From an uncultured Mycoplasmatota bacterium (lineage in GTDB: Bacteria; Bacillota_I; Bacilli_A; RF39; UBA660), in the NCBI GenBank assembly GCA_947365915.1, contig CANAXT010000003.1, forward strand, positions 1 through 61,370: a DNA stretch of 61,370 nt, in the 5' to 3' direction. The notes under the pieces are model-generated. The model was not told where the DNA came from. It saw only the letters and a program-made list of their open reading frames with translations, and searched no databases. This document shows positions 56,548 to 61,370 of the stretch, in pieces (positions within the stretch are counted from its first letter, which is position 1; each line of letters starts with the position of its first letter). Position numbers and translations under genes: made by a program.

Positions 56548-57592
56548 CTAATTTTTTATATCAATCATTTCTAAATCCTTAATACTTTCCAAATAATGAA
56601 GTTCCACTTCACTTGGTTTTAAAGCCATTCTATTTTTATATTTATTATATTCCTTTTTTGCATGATTTAAAGCTTCTTCATGACTAACTTTGCCAGCATC
56701 TTTTAATATATCTTTCCTATTCATTGTTAAGAAATAGTTTAATTCTTTAATCCAATCTTGCATAGTCATTGTATTTTCTTCGATTGCTTGTAACTCTGCA
56801 TAATCTAAATACATAGAAACAATTCTATTTAAAATATCTAATTCTTTATCTGTTAAATAATTTTTAGCAATTGTAGCATCTAATAATGTTGGATAGTCTC
56901 CACTAAAAGTAGTTAACCCCATAAAATCTTTAGCGCTATTTGCTCTTTTAACTATAATCTCCGCAGCAGTGTGTCCATGTACAGCCCAGTGCCTTTTGTT
57001 TTGAACCGTTTTAAAAAATTCCTGTGTTATTTTTGATTTAGGGTCATAGTCAACAGCTGTTGCATAAATGTCCAAAATTTTTCTCCAAAAAACTTTTTCT
57101 GATGACCTTATATCGCGAATTCTTTCAAGTAATTCATCAAAATATAGTCCGCCACCTGCTCGTTTTAACCAAAAACAGCAAGAAGCCCCCACTTCTTATC
57201 TAAGTGATGGGAGTATGTCACCAAGTCATCGTTCAAAATCCTTTTGTCATATATTCAGTTAATCTCTTATTAGCCCATTTTCTAAAATTTGTACCAATAT
57301 TAGATTTTACCCTAAAGCCTATAGCCACAATCATTTCAAGATTATAATAATTCATATTGTATGATTTTCCATTTGATGCAACTGTTCGGAATTTCCGAAC
57401 AGTTGTTAATTCATCTAATTCTCCTTCTTCGAATATATGCTTTATATGTTCTGATATATTAGATTTACTAGAATTATATAATTTTACCAATTGTTCCTGA
57501 TTTAGCCATACAGTATTGTCATGCATTTTAACTTCAATATTATCATTACCATTTTTATCTTTGTAAATGACTATATTTCCATGTTCTTCCAT
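56548..57592 (-). pseudogene. RhuM-family (virulence protein RhuM-like) gene, frame-disrupted
   Basis: The N-terminal part (57233-57592) ends '...YMTKGF*'. The continuation 'LKRAGGGLYFDELLERIRDIRSSEKVF...' is in another frame (56548-57192). Confidence 0.7.
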
Positions 57593-57703
57593 TATTTCTC
57601 CTCCTATCTTTTAATTATAAATACTAAAATCTCTAATTTTCATCAGTTTCTTTGCTTTTTATTTGATTTAGTATTATATGCTTATTATCAATCTTTCATT
57701 TTG

Positions 57704-58318
57704 TTAAATCATGTCATAATGGACAAACAAGCCAATTCGTAAGTCCATATTATCTTTATTAGAATCAACACTACAAGATGAATATATATCAGTAATTTTT
57801 TGATAAAATCTTCTTTCGCTAGAGCGAATATTTCTAATTCTTTCTAATGTTCTTTCAAAATAGTCTTCTCCAAAAATATAATTTGGATTTTTTAATCTTT
57901 CTTCATCCATCACTACACCGGTAATCAAATATTCCTTTAACACTTTTGTTGCCCATATTCTAAATTGTGTTGCTTTTTTGGAATTGACCCGATATCCTAC
58001 TGCGATAATCATATCTAAATTGTATATTTTAGATTTTCTTCCTCCTGTACTTTCGTCGGAAATTCCGACAGAAGTTTCTTCATTTAGTTCACCACTATTA
58101 AAAATATTATTAATATGTCCTGTTATAGTACTTCTTCCTACCCCAAACAATTCAGCAATCAAATTTTGTGTTAACCAAATATCATTATTAATTAATAGTA
58201 CATTTACTTTAATATCGTTATTATCGTCTCGATATATTAAAATATCCCATCTTTGTATTATTTCAAATAACTTATCTTCATAAGGAAAATATGATAAATA
58301 TTTTTCTATTTGTTCCAT
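57704..58318 (-). pseudogene. RhuM-family gene, 3'-truncated
   Basis: 204 aa. Homologous to the N-terminal 60% of the RhuM family and breaks off after 'ERIRNIRSSERRFYQKITDIY'. Confidence 0.6.
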
Positions 58319-58518
58319 ATCAAGATTATCATTGGTTTATCTGAATATAATCCATCATCTACTTTGAAATATTTTTTTTCATCTACTGCCTTTTGTATTT
58401 GATAATCAAATTTTAATTCTCTATGAAAATACAACATTTTAATCATCTAATATAATTTTAGACTAAATGACACACTAAGTCGACAACAAATGAGTCATTT
58501 AGCCTAATTTTTATCTAC

Positions 58519-59289
58519 CTAACTTTCTAATTCTTCTAAAGCTTGATTGATTTCTTCTATCGAGTATTGTTTTTGATATAGTTTTTGTTTGATTAAGAAA
58601 ATACAGTTTTCTTTTTTTTGATATTTTTGGTATAGTTTTTTGATTTCTTGTTTTAGTATTTCTGTATGGTCTATTTCTATACTGCCTAATATGTCTTCTA
58701 TTTTGTTTTGATCATATCCTAGATGAATCATTTCTTCTCTTATTTTTTGTTTTAAATGTTCCGTGGAATATTTATGATTCAGTCTGATTTTTTTTTCAAT
58801 TAGTTTTCTTAGTTTTTCATATATTTCGGATGTTTCTATTTTTTCTAGATATGTATCAATTAACGTTTCATCTAGATTTTCTTTTAATAAGTCTTCTTTG
58901 ATTTTATTCGGTCCATCACTGGATAACTGCATTCGATTATGGATGTAGGCTTCTATATATTTTTTTTCGTTTAATAGTCCAATTGATTTTAGTTTTTGAA
59001 TCATTTCTTTTTGTTCTATTTCAGATATTTTTTGTTTTTGTAAAAAGGTTAAAACTTCTTTTTCTGATCTTAATTTACGGTTGGTAAAGGATAATACTTT
59101 TTCATAAATTTCAGCGTTTTTGGTTTCTTTTATAATGGTTTCTAGTAGTTCTTCACTAATTTCTTTTTTTAGTAATAGTTGATATTTTAATATGATGGTA
59201 TCATAAGTTGTTATTTTCCTGTTTTCTAATTGTATCATGTATTTGTTTTTTCCTGTTTTTTTGATATGTATTAATTTCATTTTTTTCAC
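58519..59289 (-). CDS. recX: RecX-family regulatory protein
   Basis: 256 aa. Repeated three-helix RecX pattern ('RSEKEVLTFLQKQKISE', 'LLNEKKYIEAYIHNR'). Confidence 0.7.
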   Translation of the reverse strand: MKKMKLIHIKKTGKNKYMIQLENRKITTYDTIILKYQLLLKKEISEELLETIIKETKNAEIYEKVLSFTNRKLRSEKEVLTFLQKQKISEIEQKEMIQKLKSIGLLNEKKYIEAYIHNRMQLSSDGPNKIKEDLLKENLDETLIDTYLEKIETSEIYEKLRKLIEKKIRLNHKYSTEHLKQKIREEMIHLGYDQNKIEDILGSIEIDHTEILKQEIKKLYQKYQKKENCIFLIKQKLYQKQYSIEEINQALEELES

Positions 59290-59313
59290 TCCTAAAATAA
59301 AACTTAATACACA

Positions 59314-59508
59314 TTATTTGATATGTATTAAGTTTTCTTTGATTTCTTCTAATGCTTTTCCAATTTCTTTTTTTGAAATATATTCGTTTTCTTTCATTTG
59401 AAGATGACCTGTTTCTTTGATTTCTTTTGCTCTTTTTGAGGCAATATTCACCAGCAAGTATTTTGAACCCATTTGATTTAACAATTTGTCAATTGATGGA
59501 TATATCAT
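59314..59508 (-). CDS. rpoZ: DNA-directed RNA polymerase subunit omega
   Basis: 64 aa with 'PSIDKLLNQMGSKYLLVNIASKRAKEI'. Confidence 0.85.
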   Translation of the reverse strand: MIYPSIDKLLNQMGSKYLLVNIASKRAKEIKETGHLQMKENEYISKKEIGKALEEIKENLIHIK

Positions 59509-59592
59509 ATAAAATCCCTCCTATTTTGATTGTAACTTAGATTTTTGTAATGTGCAAGTGTTGTGCTTTAATTTTACAATATTTGACAATGG

Positions 59593-60867
59593 TTATCTGA
59601 TGATTTCATATATTAATGGGGCTTTTTCTACAAAGTGTGTACCAATTTCAAAGCATTCTAAGATGTGTCCTATTTCCATATCTTTTTGGTTTACATAAAT
59701 TTTTAAAAGTTCTTCATTTTCTAAGACAAAGTCTCCTACTTTTTTGGTTAATATGATCCCTACTCCATAGTCAATAGTGTCTTCTTTTTGATATCGTCCT
59801 GCTCCTATCATTCTCACAATTTCCCCTAATTTTTGGGTATGTATTTTTTGAATGTATCCTGTTTGTGTACTTTTTACAGAGAATACTTTTGGGGCAATTT
59901 CTAGTTGTTCTAGGTTTCCTCCTTGGGAGGTGACAAATTCTACTAGTTTTTGATATCCTTTTTGGTTATGGATATTTTCTTCTAGTTTTTTTCTTGCTTC
60001 TTTTTCAGAAATAGATGAAGCCAAATGAACCATAATAGAGCCTAATGTAAGTACTAGTTCGTATAGGTCTTTTTGATAGTTTCCTTTTAAGAATTCTATA
60101 CTTTCTTTTACTTCTAATGCATTTCCGATATGGGTTCCTAGTGGCTCATGCATACTGGTTAATACACAAACTACTTTTCTGTTGTATTGGTTTCCAATTT
60201 TAATCATAAAATGGGCTAAAGTTCTAGCGTCTTCAATCGTTTTAATTAAAGCTCCTTCTCCGATTTTGATATCAATTACCATGCATTCGGCACTTGAAGC
60301 TAGTTTTTTACTCATAATGCTTGATGCAATTAAAGGAATAGATTCTACGGTTCCTGTGACATCTCGAAGGGCGTATATTTTTTTATCGGCTGGTACTAGG
60401 TTTCCCATTTGTCCAACTAGGGCAAAATGGATTTTGTTAACTTGTTTTGTAAAGTTTTCTAATGACATTGTTGTTTGAAATCCTGGAATGGATTCTAGTT
60501 TGTCTATGGTTCCTCCTGTATGTCCTAGTCCTCTTCCACTCATTTTGGCGACGTTGATTCCTAATGATGCTACTAGTGGTGCTAGGACAAGTGTGGTTTT
60601 ATCTCCTACGCCTCCTGTAGAGTGTTTGTCTACCTTGATCCCATGAATGGACGATAAGTCTAGGGTTTCTCCACTACGATACATGGCATCTGTAAGTGTT
60701 AATACTTCGGGGTCGGTCATTCCATTAATACAAATGGCCATTAATAAGGCACTCATTTGATAGTCCTTGATGACACCGTTTGTGTATTCTTTTATGGCGT
60801 ATTCTATTTGTTCTTTTGAGAGTTCTCTTTTTTCTCTTTTTTGATTGATAATTTCTATTATATTCAT
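59593..60867 (-). CDS. pdp: Pyrimidine-nucleoside (thymidine) phosphorylase
   Basis: Starts 'MNIIEIINQKR' (SD GGTGA). Contains 'VDKHSTGGVGD' and 'SGRGLGHTGGTIDKLESIPG'. Confidence 0.92.
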   Translation of the reverse strand: MNIIEIINQKREKRELSKEQIEYAIKEYTNGVIKDYQMSALLMAICINGMTDPEVLTLTDAMYRSGETLDLSSIHGIKVDKHSTGGVGDKTTLVLAPLVASLGINVAKMSGRGLGHTGGTIDKLESIPGFQTTMSLENFTKQVNKIHFALVGQMGNLVPADKKIYALRDVTGTVESIPLIASSIMSKKLASSAECMVIDIKIGEGALIKTIEDARTLAHFMIKIGNQYNRKVVCVLTSMHEPLGTHIGNALEVKESIEFLKGNYQKDLYELVLTLGSIMVHLASSISEKEARKKLEENIHNQKGYQKLVEFVTSQGGNLEQLEIAPKVFSVKSTQTGYIQKIHTQKLGEIVRMIGAGRYQKEDTIDYGVGIILTKKVGDFVLENEELLKIYVNQKDMEIGHILECFEIGTHFVEKAPLIYEIIR

Positions 60868-60925
60868 ATGATTCACCATTTCTATTATACATGAATTTAG
60901 GAAAAATAGATACAAAAAGCAGTGT

Positions 60926-61261
60926 TTATTCTGCTTCTTGTCTTTTACTGGATAGAAAGGTTACTTTGTCTGCTACGACTTCGGTGACTTGTCTTTTGGT
61001 TTCTTCATCGACTTCTATATTTCTGGATTGGATGCGACCTTTTACACCGATTAAGTCGCCTTGTTTACAGTATTCAACAGTGCTTTCTGCTACTCCTCTC
61101 CAAAGAATACAAGAGATGAAGTCAGTATCATATTCTCCGTTGATGTTTTTATAGCTTCTTGGTACTGCTAATGTGATGTTGGTTACCTTTCTTCCTGTTT
61201 CGGTTTCACGAAGTTCTGGATCTCTTACCAGTCTTCCTACTAATATTGTTTGATTTAACAT
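60926..61261 (-). CDS. ssb: Single-stranded DNA-binding protein, short SsbB-like form
   Basis: 111 aa starting 'MLNQTILVGRLVRDPELR' (SD GGAGGA). OB fold, but no acidic DDxxPF tail. Confidence 0.85.
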   Translation of the reverse strand: MLNQTILVGRLVRDPELRETETGRKVTNITLAVPRSYKNINGEYDTDFISCILWRGVAESTVEYCKQGDLIGVKGRIQSRNIEVDEETKRQVTEVVADKVTFLSSKRQEAE

Positions 61262-61370
61262 ATAATTCCTCCTTACAACAGACACTATAAACAATAAAAA
61301 AAAGAAATGCAAATGAGGAGGTTGCTGAAAAAGTATACAAAGATTACTGTAAAGAATATCAGTAGTCTTT

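Noticed and set aside
58306-58437. 43-codon minus-strand ORF overlapping the start of the truncated RhuM copy
   Set aside because: No clear RBS and no recognisable family. It lies in a decaying region and is mentioned only within the RhuM finding.
1-61370. Scan for CRISPR arrays, rRNA, transposases, integrases and prophage genes
   Set aside because: I saw no regularly spaced direct repeats and no rRNA-like GC-rich kilobase blocks. No ORF carries transposase, integrase or phage structural signatures.

Overview
This is an AT-rich, Firmicutes-type chromosomal segment, Erysipelotrichia/Clostridia-like by protein content. It carries about 60 genes, and all but three (DUF1540, one acyltransferase, prsA-like) lie on the minus strand. 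Housekeeping genes include prs, aspS-hisS behind a T-box leader, topA, folD, rubrerythrin, RNase J, recX, rpoZ, pdp, a short ssb and one tRNA-Met(CAU). Accessory content is as follows. (1) A tightly coupled five-gene envelope-stress operon: vWA, XpaC-like, lipoprotein, TelA, AAA+ (202-6214). (2) Two roughly 1.6-kb paralogous AAA-ATPase-like/PD-(D/E)XK genes, one broken by a single in-frame TAA. (3) An ~18-kb cell-wall glycopolymer locus (28691-46602). It holds a UbiA-type polyprenyl-phosphate phosphoribosyltransferase, a HAD-GtrA fusion, GT-C/GT2/GT4 enzymes, a Wzx flippase, a Wzy-like-GT2 fusion and an LtaS-like enzyme. (4) A pilin-like protein with an FGE/C-type-lectin-like C-terminus whose last ~180 nt switch sharply to GC-rich codons, resembling a DGR variable region. 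(5) Decayed tandem RhuM genes. The two strongest non-coding signals both have their own promoter. One is a ~585-nt ORF-free, GC-enriched transcript unit just upstream of a four-TM DxxxD membrane protein, an arrangement like OLE RNA/OapA. The other is a ~180-nt sRNA downstream of prs whose ends pair, which is 6S-like. I saw no CRISPR array, transposase, integrase or rRNA. All family assignments rest on motif recognition by eye and need HMM/CM confirmation.
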